Assembly: GCA_046538755.1 (NCBI GenBank)
Contig: JBKHIH010000007.1
Coordinates: 16,760-80,759 of the forward strand
From: Thiohalospira sp.
Lineage (GTDB): Bacteria; Bacteroidota; Bacteroidia; Bacteroidales; UBA12077
Length of the DNA stretch: 64,000 nt
Direction: 5' to 3'
This document shows positions 9,562 to 18,481 of this stretch, one piece after another (position 1 is the first letter of the stretch; each line of letters starts with the position of its first letter). Under the pieces are notes generated by a model. That model was not told where the DNA came from and ran no database searches. It saw nothing but the letters and a program-made list of their open reading frames with translations. The position numbers and the translations under genes were made by a program.

Positions 9562-9623
9562 AACATTTATATAATGAAGGCGAAAAATAGGAATAAAAAT
9601 GGAGTATCCAAAAAAATATTTTG

Positions 9624-11843
9624 CTACAACAATTTTCTTGATTTTAAACGTAAGCTGTTAAGCACAACAGAAACTGAGCTAAATGCCATAGCTCCACCAG
9701 CAATCATCGGGTTAAGCATAAACCCGTTTACAGGGTATAAAACACCTGCTGCAATTGGAATAGCAATAATGTTGTAAATAAAAGCCCAGAAAAGGTTTTC
9801 GCGAATGGTTTTCAATGTTGCTTTAGAAAGATTGATGGATGCAGCAATTTTTTCCAGGTCGCCTTTTACCAGGGTAATATCGGCACTTTCGATAGCAATG
9901 TCGGTTCCATGCCCCATGGCAATTCCCATGTCGGCTTGCGAAAGGGCAGGAGAGTCGTTTATTCCATCACCAACCATCGCAACTTTAAATCCTTTTTGTT
10001 GTAATTTTTTTACGTATTCTAGTTTGTCTTGGGGCAATACTTCTGCTTTAAATTTGTCGATACCGGTTTGCCGGGCAATTTCTTTTGCGGTGCTGTAATT
10101 ATCGCCAGTGAGCATGTGAATTTGCATTCCCGATTGATGTAACTTGTGAATTGCACGAATAGAATTTTCCTTTATTTTATCGGAAATTGTTATAAGTGCT
10201 ACCAACAATCTGTTTTTAGCTACAAAAACATGAGTCTGTGCTGTATTGCTGTATTGATTAAAATATTGATGCTCGCTTTCGATATCAATATTGTTTTTTT
10301 TCATTAGCTGGTAGTTGCCAATTAAGTAATCATTTTCGTTAAGGGTGGCAGAAACTCCCAACCCTGTTTGACTGTTGAATTTTACAACATTAAGGCTGCT
10401 GTTAGATAGGGGATTGAGATAATTGACAATGGAGTTGGCCAATGGATGCTCCGATTTTTTTTCAATGGCTAAAATATCTTCCAGAATCTGGTCGTGTTTT
10501 ACATCGCTTTTAAGCCATACAATCTCGTTAACTTCAGGTTCTCCTTTGGTTATTGTTCCTGTTTTATCGACCACAACAACATTAATGTTTTTTGCAAACT
10601 CAAGGGTTTGTGCATTTTTAATTAAAATACCATTTTCTGCACCTTTCCCAATACCAACCATTAAAGCCGTTGGAGTAGCCAGTCCAAGTGCGCACGGGCA
10701 GGCAATTATTAATACTGTAACCAGTGTAACAAATGCAAAAGTAGATTTTGGTTCAGGCCCAATAAAATACCAAATTAGGCTACTGGTTATTGCTATAAAA
10801 ATCACTACCGGAACAAAAATGGAGGCAATTTTATCGGCTGTTTTCTGAACAGGCGCTTTACTGCCCTGGGCATTTTTTACCATCTCAATGATTTGCGAAA
10901 GCATGGTGTCTTTACCCACTTTTTCTGCTTTCATAGTAAAACTGCCAGTTTTATTGATGGTAGCTCCAATAACCCTGCCCCCCTTAGTTTTTTCAACGGG
11001 TATAGATTCTCCGGTAATCATACTTTCATCAATTGTTGATTCGCCATCAGTTACCACCCCATCTACCGGTATTTTTTCGCCCGGGCGAATAATGAGGATA
11101 TCTCCCTTTTGAACCTCATCAATAGGAATCTCACTTTCTTTGTGGTTTCTTAAAACACGGGCCGTTTTTACTTTTAATCCCATTAATTTTTTAATGGAAT
11201 CAGAAGTCTTTGATTTGGCTTTTTCTTCAAAATAACGGCCCAATAAAATAAGGGAAATAATTACAGTAGCTGCTTCGAAATAAACATGTGGCTGTAAGCC
11301 TTTTGAAAGTAAATATTCAGGAAAAACAGTGTTAAATGTACTGAACAGAAAAGCGGCCCCGGTACCCAAAGCCACTAAAGTATCCATATTTGTGGATTTG
11401 TTTTTAGCCTGTTTCCATGCGATAATAAAAAATTCGCGGCCAAACCAACCAATTACAGGCAGGGTTAAAAGCATCATGACCCAGTTGGCATAAGGCATTT
11501 TGGGGAAAAACATAGCGATTACAAAAACCGGAATGGAAAATGCAATGGAGAAAAAAGCCCGTTGTTTTGCTTTTTTTAATTTTAATTTTTCTTTTGCTTC
11601 CAGGCCTGAAATATTATCCGAACTATTATCAATAATAAGCTTATAGCCAATTTCATTCACCGCTTTTACCATTTCAGAGGGTGATACGGTGCTTTCGTCA
11701 AATTCGACCAGTACACTTGCATTTGCATAATTAACATTGGCCTGTTTTATCCCTTGTAATGAAGAAAGCATACTCTCTACACTTTTTGCGCATGAAGCAC
11801 AACTCATCCCTTCAACCGGGTATGTTTCTTTTATGATACTCAT
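9624..11843 (-). CDS. copA: Cu(I)-translocating P1B-type ATPase
   Basis: [40 protein letters not shown], and YN and MAFSS transmembrane Cu+ ligands. Confidence 0.93.
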   Translation of the reverse strand: MSIIKETYPVEGMSCASCAKSVESMLSSLQGIKQANVNYANASVLVEFDESTVSPSEMVKAVNEIGYKLIIDNSSDNISGLEAKEKLKLKKAKQRAFFSIAFSIPVFVIAMFFPKMPYANWVMMLLTLPVIGWFGREFFIIAWKQAKNKSTNMDTLVALGTGAAFLFSTFNTVFPEYLLSKGLQPHVYFEAATVIISLILLGRYFEEKAKSKTSDSIKKLMGLKVKTARVLRNHKESEIPIDEVQKGDILIIRPGEKIPVDGVVTDGESTIDESMITGESIPVEKTKGGRVIGATINKTGSFTMKAEKVGKDTMLSQIIEMVKNAQGSKAPVQKTADKIASIFVPVVIFIAITSSLIWYFIGPEPKSTFAFVTLVTVLIIACPCALGLATPTALMVGIGKGAENGILIKNAQTLEFAKNINVVVVDKTGTITKGEPEVNEIVWLKSDVKHDQILEDILAIEKKSEHPLANSIVNYLNPLSNSSLNVVKFNSQTGLGVSATLNENDYLIGNYQLMKKNNIDIESEHQYFNQYSNTAQTHVFVAKNRLLVALITISDKIKENSIRAIHKLHQSGMQIHMLTGDNYSTAKEIARQTGIDKFKAEVLPQDKLEYVKKLQQKGFKVAMVGDGINDSPALSQADMGIAMGHGTDIAIESADITLVKGDLEKIAASINLSKATLKTIRENLFWAFIYNIIAIPIAAGVLYPVNGFMLNPMIAGGAMAFSSVSVVLNSLRLKSRKLL

Positions 11844-11853
11844 ATATTACTGT

Positions 11854-12075
11854 TTATATTTTTTTTGCAATATACCCTGCTTTATTAAAGGCTTCTTGAA
11901 CTTTAGCAACAATTTCCTTTTCGCTAAGTGTATTTGCTTCAACGGTTAAAATTTTATCATCGTGAGATAAATCTACATCCCACGAATTTATTTCATCTAT
12001 TTGATTTAAAAAAGGCCTTACTGAATTTTTGCAACCTTCACATTTTAAGTTGGTTTTAAACTTTAATGTATTCAT
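11854..12075 (-). CDS. Heavy-metal-associated domain chaperone (CopZ-like)
   Basis: 73 aa with TNLKCEGC (CxxC); immediately upstream of copA. Confidence 0.8.
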   Translation of the reverse strand: MNTLKFKTNLKCEGCKNSVRPFLNQIDEINSWDVDLSHDDKILTVEANTLSEKEIVAKVQEAFNKAGYIAKKI

Positions 12076-12082
12076 AATAATA

Positions 12083-12265
12083 TTATTTCTCGTTTTCTTG
12101 TTTATAAGCGTTATAAATTCCTTTTTCTTTCATTTTTTTATATTTCTCAGGGTCTGTTTCTACGCTGAAATCACTGTTTTTTTTTTGTTTGCGTTTAATA
12201 GCGTATATTACCATTATAATTACAGTTATTGCAACTGCAAAAAGTAAAAGCTTTAAGTAAAGCAT
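12083..12265 (-). CDS. Small single-TM hypothetical protein
   Basis: 60 aa; N-terminal hydrophobic helix followed by KRKQKK; tightly packed between DUF302 and the HMA chaperone on the same strand. Confidence 0.55.
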   Translation of the reverse strand: MLYLKLLLFAVAITVIIMVIYAIKRKQKKNSDFSVETDPEKYKKMKEKGIYNAYKQENEK

Positions 12266-12283
12266 AAAGATTGTTATTTTTAA

Positions 12284-12670
12284 TTAAAGTGATTGAATTA
12301 CATTTTCCAGCTTTGCTTTAATGTTTCCTGCAATTTCTTGTAGCTCATCATTTTCTATGGCCATCATTGATGCTAGAGGATTAATGGCAACAACTTCAAT
12401 TTTATTATTATCCATTTCCTGTACAACAACATTGCAGGGTAACATAGTACCTACATTTGGTTCAGCAAGCAAGGCTTTATGTGCATTTGGGGGATTACAG
12501 GCACCAAGTATTTTATATTTTCTAAAATCAACATCCAGCTTTTTTTTCAAAGTTTCGTTAACATCTATTTCTGATAATACTCCAAAACCTTCATCCTGTA
12601 ATGCATCTTTTACTTGTTTTACTGCTGAATTAAAATCTGTATTTAATGTTTTGTTGATATAATAAGACAT
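12284..12670 (-). CDS. DUF302 domain protein
   Basis: GFGVLSEID, YKILGACNP and LPCNVVV motifs; AGGAGG 4 nt upstream of the ATG. Confidence 0.88.
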   Translation of the reverse strand: MSYYINKTLNTDFNSAVKQVKDALQDEGFGVLSEIDVNETLKKKLDVDFRKYKILGACNPPNAHKALLAEPNVGTMLPCNVVVQEMDNNKIEVVAINPLASMMAIENDELQEIAGNIKAKLENVIQSL

Positions 12671-12690
12671 ATAACCTCCTTTAAATAAAT

Positions 12691-12768
12691 AAGCGGCTCC
12701 GGAGCGTTAAAGAAAATGATTATGAGAAAAATTACCTTGTTATTAACCCTGTACCCCGAAGCACGCTT
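12691..12768 (-). promoter_or_regulatory. GC-rich imperfect hairpin in the 5' leader of the DUF302-copZ-copA operon
   Basis: Minus-strand arms AAGCGTGCTTCGGGGT and CGCTCCGGAGCCGCTT pair over about 15 bp including G-U pairs; contains the perfect palindrome GCTCCGGAGC (12696-12705). Confidence 0.45.
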
Positions 12769-12841
12769 AAGCTTTTATATTTTCCAGTTTGTTGTTTTAT
12801 ACTTTAAACAGAAAAAGTAGTAAAATGTTTAAAAATTAACT

Positions 12842-13489
12842 TTATTTTTGACAAAAATTATCATCTCCGCAACAATTTAACTGCTTGCTGCTTGCTTTTT
12901 CAAAAGCTTCTCTGCCCTCCTTAAATGCAAACCAGGCTATAGCTAATGACCCTAAAATATCAATATATCCAATTCGGAAAATCATGTATAAACCACTTGA
13001 AACTAATAATACTACCGATAAATATAAACAAGATTTAGTACAATTAGCATCGGCAATTATGGCATCTGAGTTTAATTTTTTACCAATTTTTAGCTTAGCA
13101 CTCATTAAAAAAAACATAGTAAGTATTGATAGGCTTGCTATAATTAAACCAGGAAGGGTAGTTACAGGTTTATTGTTTTGAATAATATTTATAACTGATC
13201 CTGTAATAATTCCAGCCGTTAAAATAAAAAAACTAACACCGGTAATTCTTAATGCTGTTTTTTCAAATTTATCACGCTGTTGAACTTTTGAAAATCTCAT
13301 TCTTAAAACCATGTGAGCGATCCCAATTCCTGAAATTACTTCTACAAAACTATCTGACCCAAAACCTAAAAGTGATAAAGCGTCATCATCAATGCCGAAA
13401 TAAACCGATACAACCCCTTCCACTAAATTGTAAGCAATTGTAATAATGCTAAGAACCAGGGCTATTTTGAGTAACTTGCTTTCTTGCAT
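12842..13489 (-). CDS. Cation efflux (CDF-like) membrane transporter
   Basis: YNLVEGVVS, LLGFGSDSFVEVISG and DAIIADA..C motifs; six TM helices; Cys-rich tail CCGDDNFC. Confidence 0.75.
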   Translation of the reverse strand: MQESKLLKIALVLSIITIAYNLVEGVVSVYFGIDDDALSLLGFGSDSFVEVISGIGIAHMVLRMRFSKVQQRDKFEKTALRITGVSFFILTAGIITGSVINIIQNNKPVTTLPGLIIASLSILTMFFLMSAKLKIGKKLNSDAIIADANCTKSCLYLSVVLLVSSGLYMIFRIGYIDILGSLAIAWFAFKEGREAFEKASSKQLNCCGDDNFCQK

Positions 13490-13539
13490 AAAAAAAGAAA
13501 ATAAGATGTTAAATTCTTATTAGGGTGTAAATATATAAA

Positions 13540-14493
13540 TTATTTTTGATGTATCAATAAAAATGGAGCCCCTGCAATGGCCGGTATTGCCAGGTTAATA
13601 ATCCAAATAAATATTGTTGCCATTATGATTCCTGGGATATGGCTGGTAAACATCCCCATAAAAAAAATAGCCAGCGAACCTCTTACGCCTATTTCAGCTA
13701 AGGTAGTTGTCGGAATGGCAGTCATAAAAAAATATGTAAGCGTAATTGCTACAAAGCTTTCCAGAAACTGAATTTTAACATCAAAAATTAAAAGCAATAA
13801 ATAAAACTGTACAGTAAAAATAAAATAGCGTAAAAAGCTATAAAGCAATATGTTTAGTAATGTTTTATTGGATTGATGAGATAAGAAATTGATTTGTTCT
13901 GATTTTTTTTGCAAAAATGAAAATTTTAAAAGCAGTGGTTTAATTTTTTGTACATTAAAAAAAATCCATAATAAGATGAGTGCAAAAAATAAAATAAAAA
14001 GAGCTGAAAATTCATTAAAAAAAGAATTGATATGGATTTTATCAGGAAAACAAAGTAAAAAAAGGATAAAACCTATTAATCCCATAACAACAGTTACAGT
14101 TAGTTGGGCAAAGCTTCCGATACCTGCTGCCAGTACTCCGTAAGTTCTTTGTCCTTTTTTTAGAAAGTAAGCTCTTCCGGCTAATTCGCCAATTCTGTTT
14201 GGTGTAAAAATTCCAATGGTGATACTGGTAATAATTATTTGTAATGATTTTAAAAATCGAATGGATGCGATTTGTTTAATCAGCAATTTCCATTTTGCTG
14301 CTTCAATACTCCAGTTTAATATCATTCCAGCAAATGCTGTAATTATTAATGTTACATTAAACCGGGTAAATTTAAAATCGTGAAAAGTAAAATTTTTTAG
14401 TGCTTCGTAGTTTTTTAGCTTATAATAAATAAACCCGTATGACAGAACAATAATGATAAAACTAACAGCATATTTGAGAATTTTTTTAGGCAT
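13540..14493 (-). CDS. Lysylphosphatidylglycerol synthase TM (flippase-like) protein
   Basis: NWSIEAAKWK, FTPNRIGELAGR and EIGVRGS motifs; polytopic. Confidence 0.8.
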   Translation of the reverse strand: MPKKILKYAVSFIIIVLSYGFIYYKLKNYEALKNFTFHDFKFTRFNVTLIITAFAGMILNWSIEAAKWKLLIKQIASIRFLKSLQIIITSITIGIFTPNRIGELAGRAYFLKKGQRTYGVLAAGIGSFAQLTVTVVMGLIGFILFLLCFPDKIHINSFFNEFSALFILFFALILLWIFFNVQKIKPLLLKFSFLQKKSEQINFLSHQSNKTLLNILLYSFLRYFIFTVQFYLLLLIFDVKIQFLESFVAITLTYFFMTAIPTTTLAEIGVRGSLAIFFMGMFTSHIPGIIMATIFIWIINLAIPAIAGAPFLLIHQK

Positions 14494-14534
14494 TCACAAG
14501 AATAAAATTAAATTAAACATCTTACTTTCAATAA

Positions 14535-14542
14535 TATATTTG
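14535..14542 (+). promoter_or_regulatory. Putative -7 promoter box upstream of a candidate sRNA
   Basis: Perfect TATATTTG on the plus strand; no clear -33 box. Confidence 0.4.
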
Positions 14543-14552
14543 TGCAAAATCA

Positions 14553-14644
14553 GCATTTTTACTTCTAAAACCGTGGAACCCTCATGTTTTATTCATGCTC
14601 TTGTTGTGAATTCCTGTGGATGAGGGTTTCATTAAAAGTTTTGC
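14553..14644 (+). ncRNA. Candidate structured small RNA (long irregular hairpin)
   Basis: GGAACCCTCAT (14575-14585) pairs with ATGAGGGTTTC (14620-14630); inner ATTCA/TGAAT; lower ACTT-C-TAA/TTA-A-AAGT stem separated by an asymmetric bubble. Confidence 0.35.
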
Positions 14645-14705
14645 ATCTCAAACGTACATAATGTTTTTTATGAAAACAATACAAAGACTTCTTAAAAAAC
14701 ATTTT

Positions 14706-14744
14706 GGGATTTGCCTGCCGAAACAAAAGTGCAGGCAGGGTCCC
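14706..14744. repeat. GC-rich REP-like palindrome/hairpin
   Basis: GGGATTTGCCTGC-CGAAACAAAAGT-GCAGGCAGGGTCCC; arms pair with G-T wobbles. Only one copy seen in this window. Confidence 0.45.
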
Positions 14745-14922
14745 CTACTATGACTTATATTTTTATAATTTTAAAACAAAAATATATGTTTTATAGAAGA
14801 AATATACCAAGTTTTAGCCAATTCATTTCTATGCATTATTTTTAAATTTTCTTTGCATTGTGCATTTGATTTTGATGAAGGATTTTAGAACTTTACATCC
14901 TGACAACTTATAACATGATTAC

Positions 14923-15705
14923 ATGAGCTTTGTACGCCCGAAAAAACATCTTGGACAACATTTTTTAAAGGACAAAAATATTGCATCAAAAATTGTTAAA
15001 GCAATTGACCATTGCGAATCTGAAACCGTATTGGAAATAGGCCCTGGTACAGGAATTTTAACCAGCCAACTAATTAATAACCCTGATATTGACTTTTATG
15101 CCATTGAAGTTGATATTGAATCGTATGAGTTTTTAAAGTCAACCTTCCATTCAAAAGCTGATAGATTTATTTACAAAGATTTTTTAAAAATAAGACTGAA
15201 CGATCATTTTAAGCATCCGATAACTATCATAGGAAATTTTCCATACAATATTTCAAGCCAAATATTTTTTAGAGTGCTTGAGCATCGTAGTCTTGTGACA
15301 GATGTTGTGTGTATGATTCAAAAAGAAGTGGCAGACAGGATAAAATCTGATCATGGTAATAAAACTTATGGCATATTAAGTGTTTTGTTACAGGCTTTTT
15401 ACGATATTAACTATCTATTTACCGTTGGGCCAAAAGTGTTTGACCCTCCACCTAAGGTTAATTCGGCAGTAATCCATCTGAAAAGGAATAACAGGAAAAC
15501 TTTGAACTGTGACGAAAAATTGTTTTTTCGTATCGTAAAAACTGGGTTTAACCAACGAAGAAAAACATTACGTAATTCATTAAAAACTATTTTAGTAAAT
15601 TTACAGATTAACCATGAGATTTTGTCAAAACGCCCGGAGCAGTTAAAAGTTGATGACTTTATTTTGTTGACAAATCTTGTGGATGAAAAATTAAGACAGG
15701 GTTAA
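14923..15705 (+). CDS. rsmA: 16S rRNA (adenine1518/1519-N6)-dimethyltransferase
   Basis: KKHLGQHFL, LEIGPGTG, IGNFPYNISS, FNQRRKTLRNSL. Confidence 0.97.
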   Translation: MSFVRPKKHLGQHFLKDKNIASKIVKAIDHCESETVLEIGPGTGILTSQLINNPDIDFYAIEVDIESYEFLKSTFHSKADRFIYKDFLKIRLNDHFKHPITIIGNFPYNISSQIFFRVLEHRSLVTDVVCMIQKEVADRIKSDHGNKTYGILSVLLQAFYDINYLFTVGPKVFDPPPKVNSAVIHLKRNNRKTLNCDEKLFFRIVKTGFNQRRKTLRNSLKTILVNLQINHEILSKRPEQLKVDDFILLTNLVDEKLRQG

Positions 15706-15721
15706 AAATAAATAAAAGATT

Positions 15722-17077
15722 ATGCAATTTGAATTGACCAAAGAATTTATCGATGAACTGAAAGGTTTTATTGATAATGATCAGGAAACAGAAGCTTTTA
15801 AACTGATTAAAGACCTTCATCCGGCTGATATCGCTGAAATTTATGATGAGCTTGATATTGATGAAGCTCGTTTTTTGCATGTAATGCTCGATGGAGAAAA
15901 AGCAGCCGAAGTTTTGGTTGAGCTAGAAGAAGATGACCGTGAGCGGTTTTTAAAGGTATTACCCAGCCAGGCTATTGCAGAATTTATAGATAAATTAGAT
16001 TCCGACGACGCTGCCGATGTGATAGGCGAATTTTCTGAAGAAAAGCAGGAAGAAGTATTATCGTTTATTGATGACCTTGAACAAGCAGGCGATATTGTAG
16101 ACCTCCTGAATTACGACGAAGATTCTGCCGGTGGTTTAATGGCCAAAGAGTTAATTACGGTTAACGAAAACTGGAGTATAACCACTTGTCTAAAAGAAAT
16201 GCGCAAACAGGCCGAAAACGTTGATGAAGTATATTATGTTTATGTAGTAGACGACAATAATGTTTTAAAAGGAACTTTATCATTAAAGAAATTACTTTTA
16301 ACACCCACTTCAGCTAAAATTAAAAATATTATTAATGCAGATGTAATATCAGTAAAAGCCGATACTCCTTCCGAAGAGGTGGCACATATTATGGATAAAT
16401 ATGATTTAGTGGCTTTACCGGTTGTTGATACTTTAAACAGGCTTGTCGGTCGCATTACCATCGATGATGTAGTGGATGTAATTAGAGAAGAAGCCGAGCG
16501 AGACTATCAGTTAGTATCTGGTATTACACAAGATGTAGAATCATCTGATAGTGCATGGATATTAACTCGTGCACGAATACCGTGGCTGTTTATTGGTTTA
16601 TTTGGCGGTATATTAGCCGCTTTGGTAATGGGAAATTATGAAGTTGAATTGGGCTTATTCCCTCAAATGGCATTTTTTATTCCGTTAATTGCTGCGATGG
16701 GCGGTAATGTTGGTGTTCAGTCCTCATCTATTATTGTGCAAGCGTTGGCAAGTAACTCAATGGGATTTGAAAGCATTGGCCGTAAGTTGCTTAAAGAACT
16801 TGGTGTTGCAACTATGAATGGGATCATTCTTTCAACAGTTATTTTTGGTTATAATTTCTTTTTTAGTGATTCATTTGCTTTAACAATTACGGTTAGTATA
16901 GCTCTTTTTTCTGTTATTATCTTTGCTTCGATGTTTGGTACCTTTGTTCCTATGATTTTAGAAAAATTTGATATTGACCCGGCACTTGCAACCGGCCCAT
17001 TTATTACTACAGTTAATGATATTATGGGATTGTTTATTTACCTGATGATAGGGAAAGTATTTTTTTATTTCTTTTAA
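15722..17077 (+). CDS. mgtE: Magnesium transporter MgtE
   Basis: LHPADIAE, CBS pair (AGGLMAKE), MGGNVGVQSS, DPALATGPFITTVND. Confidence 0.95.
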   Translation: MQFELTKEFIDELKGFIDNDQETEAFKLIKDLHPADIAEIYDELDIDEARFLHVMLDGEKAAEVLVELEEDDRERFLKVLPSQAIAEFIDKLDSDDAADVIGEFSEEKQEEVLSFIDDLEQAGDIVDLLNYDEDSAGGLMAKELITVNENWSITTCLKEMRKQAENVDEVYYVYVVDDNNVLKGTLSLKKLLLTPTSAKIKNIINADVISVKADTPSEEVAHIMDKYDLVALPVVDTLNRLVGRITIDDVVDVIREEAERDYQLVSGITQDVESSDSAWILTRARIPWLFIGLFGGILAALVMGNYEVELGLFPQMAFFIPLIAAMGGNVGVQSSSIIVQALASNSMGFESIGRKLLKELGVATMNGIILSTVIFGYNFFFSDSFALTITVSIALFSVIIFASMFGTFVPMILEKFDIDPALATGPFITTVNDIMGLFIYLMIGKVFFYFF

Positions 17078-17649
17078 AATACTTTCCAGTAATAAAGAAG
17101 TAAAAACAGAATTGGAATCATTGTCCCTAAAATTGTGAGCCATGCCCCACGTCCTTTAATTCCATTTTTGCCTTTTAAAATAAAAAGTCCGGTAATGGCT
17201 AAAATAATTAAAGACGCTGCATAAATATCTGAAAAAATTGTCCACCATTTTTTGGGATTATAATGTAAGTAATTTACCTGATGAAAAACAGCACGGCGCT
17301 TGGATGTTTCAATTATTCCATTGCCTGTTTCTATGTTTAAATCTATACTGCCATCTTTGATAAATATTTTTATCTGGCCATCTGAAGGGGAATAATGGTT
17401 TTTATATTTCTCACCCGGCGCATATTCATTTAATAATTCAATTACATTATCTCTGTTTAATTGATTTTGATCTATGGGAGAATCCTCAACTTTTATTTCT
17501 TTTGTTTTGATTACATAATTTGGATTCCAGTCGTCGAGATGGTTTAATGCAATTCCAGACAAGCTATAAATAATAGTCATTGTAAAGAAAATATATCCTA
17601 AGTCGCGGTGTAAAGCCCTGTTTAGTTTTCTTAATTTCATGCCAATCAT
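17074..17649 (-). CDS. PepSY-associated TM helix domain protein
   Basis: RALHRDLGY...YSLSGIALNH and NYLHYNP..WWTIFSD motifs. Confidence 0.8.
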   Translation of the reverse strand: MIGMKLRKLNRALHRDLGYIFFTMTIIYSLSGIALNHLDDWNPNYVIKTKEIKVEDSPIDQNQLNRDNVIELLNEYAPGEKYKNHYSPSDGQIKIFIKDGSIDLNIETGNGIIETSKRRAVFHQVNYLHYNPKKWWTIFSDIYAASLIILAITGLFILKGKNGIKGRGAWLTILGTMIPILFLLLYYWKVF

Positions 17650-17659
17650 TATTTAAGAT

Positions 17660-17693
17660 AAAAAATGCCCGAAAATTTTTAAATCTTCGGACA
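17660..17693 (-). terminator. Intrinsic terminator between the lipoprotein gene and the PepSY-TM gene
   Basis: Minus-strand TGTCCGAA/TTCGGGCA 8-bp stem followed by T6. Confidence 0.55.
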
Positions 17694-17744
17694 AACTTAC
17701 TATATAATTTTTTTATTTTGAAATTTGTTAAACCTTACTAATCA

Positions 17745-18389
17745 TCATTCATTAGAATGTTCTTCATGATCTTGTTCATGATCGTGGTCGTGATCTTCTG
17801 TCTTAACTTCTGACTCTGCTTTTTCAGTTTCTTCATATTCTTTTACTTCTACTTCGCTTGCTTCAATCCAGTATTGGGCAACAAAACCTTCTTCTGATTC
17901 GGCAATGTCTGATTTCATTTTTTCAACCTGCTTTATTTTTGAGCTGTCAACTTCGGTTTCTTCTTCATCATGATCTCCACTGGAATGGTCATGAAATGCT
18001 TCGTTATCTACACCTTCGGTAATTTCTTTTTCAAGTTGGGTTATGTATTTATCATCAATAATTAATTTTTTTAAAACACCTTTGATGATAACTGTATTTC
18101 CTTCGAGTTCTTTTTCAAAAATTCCAATTTTTTCATTAGGAGTAATTCTTATTCCTTCGTCAGGATTTTCACCGATGATAAACATCCTTTTACCACCATG
18201 CGAACAAACATGATTAACCATGCCTTTAACAATAACCTCTTGATCCACATATTTTTGTATGTCGGCCATAATTTTATCTGCCGATATTACTTTGATATTT
18301 TTTTCTTCTTTTTCTTCTTTTTTTTCTTGTGTACTGCATGAGAAAAATAATGCAGCAACTACAAATAATCCCAGTATTTTTTTCATCAT
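17745..18389 (-). CDS. Hypothetical lipoprotein, OB-fold-like, with His/acid-rich segments
   Basis: Lipobox LFFSC; V.VKGMVNHVCSHGGKRMFI; tail EDHDHDHEQDHEEHSNE. Confidence 0.7.
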   Translation of the reverse strand: MMKKILGLFVVAALFFSCSTQEKKEEKEEKNIKVISADKIMADIQKYVDQEVIVKGMVNHVCSHGGKRMFIIGENPDEGIRITPNEKIGIFEKELEGNTVIIKGVLKKLIIDDKYITQLEKEITEGVDNEAFHDHSSGDHDEEETEVDSSKIKQVEKMKSDIAESEEGFVAQYWIEASEVEVKEYEETEKAESEVKTEDHDHDHEQDHEEHSNE

Positions 18390-18481
18390 AATTTAGGTTT
18401 TTATGTATTAGAAATTAAATTTTAATCTATAAATATAGTGAATTGTATTTATATTTCAGATAATCGCATCTTAAAATTATG

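Noticed and set aside
14670-14753. 27-codon ORF MKTIQRLLKKHFGICLPKQKCRQGPLL
   Set aside because: Very short and runs through the palindrome; no independent support.
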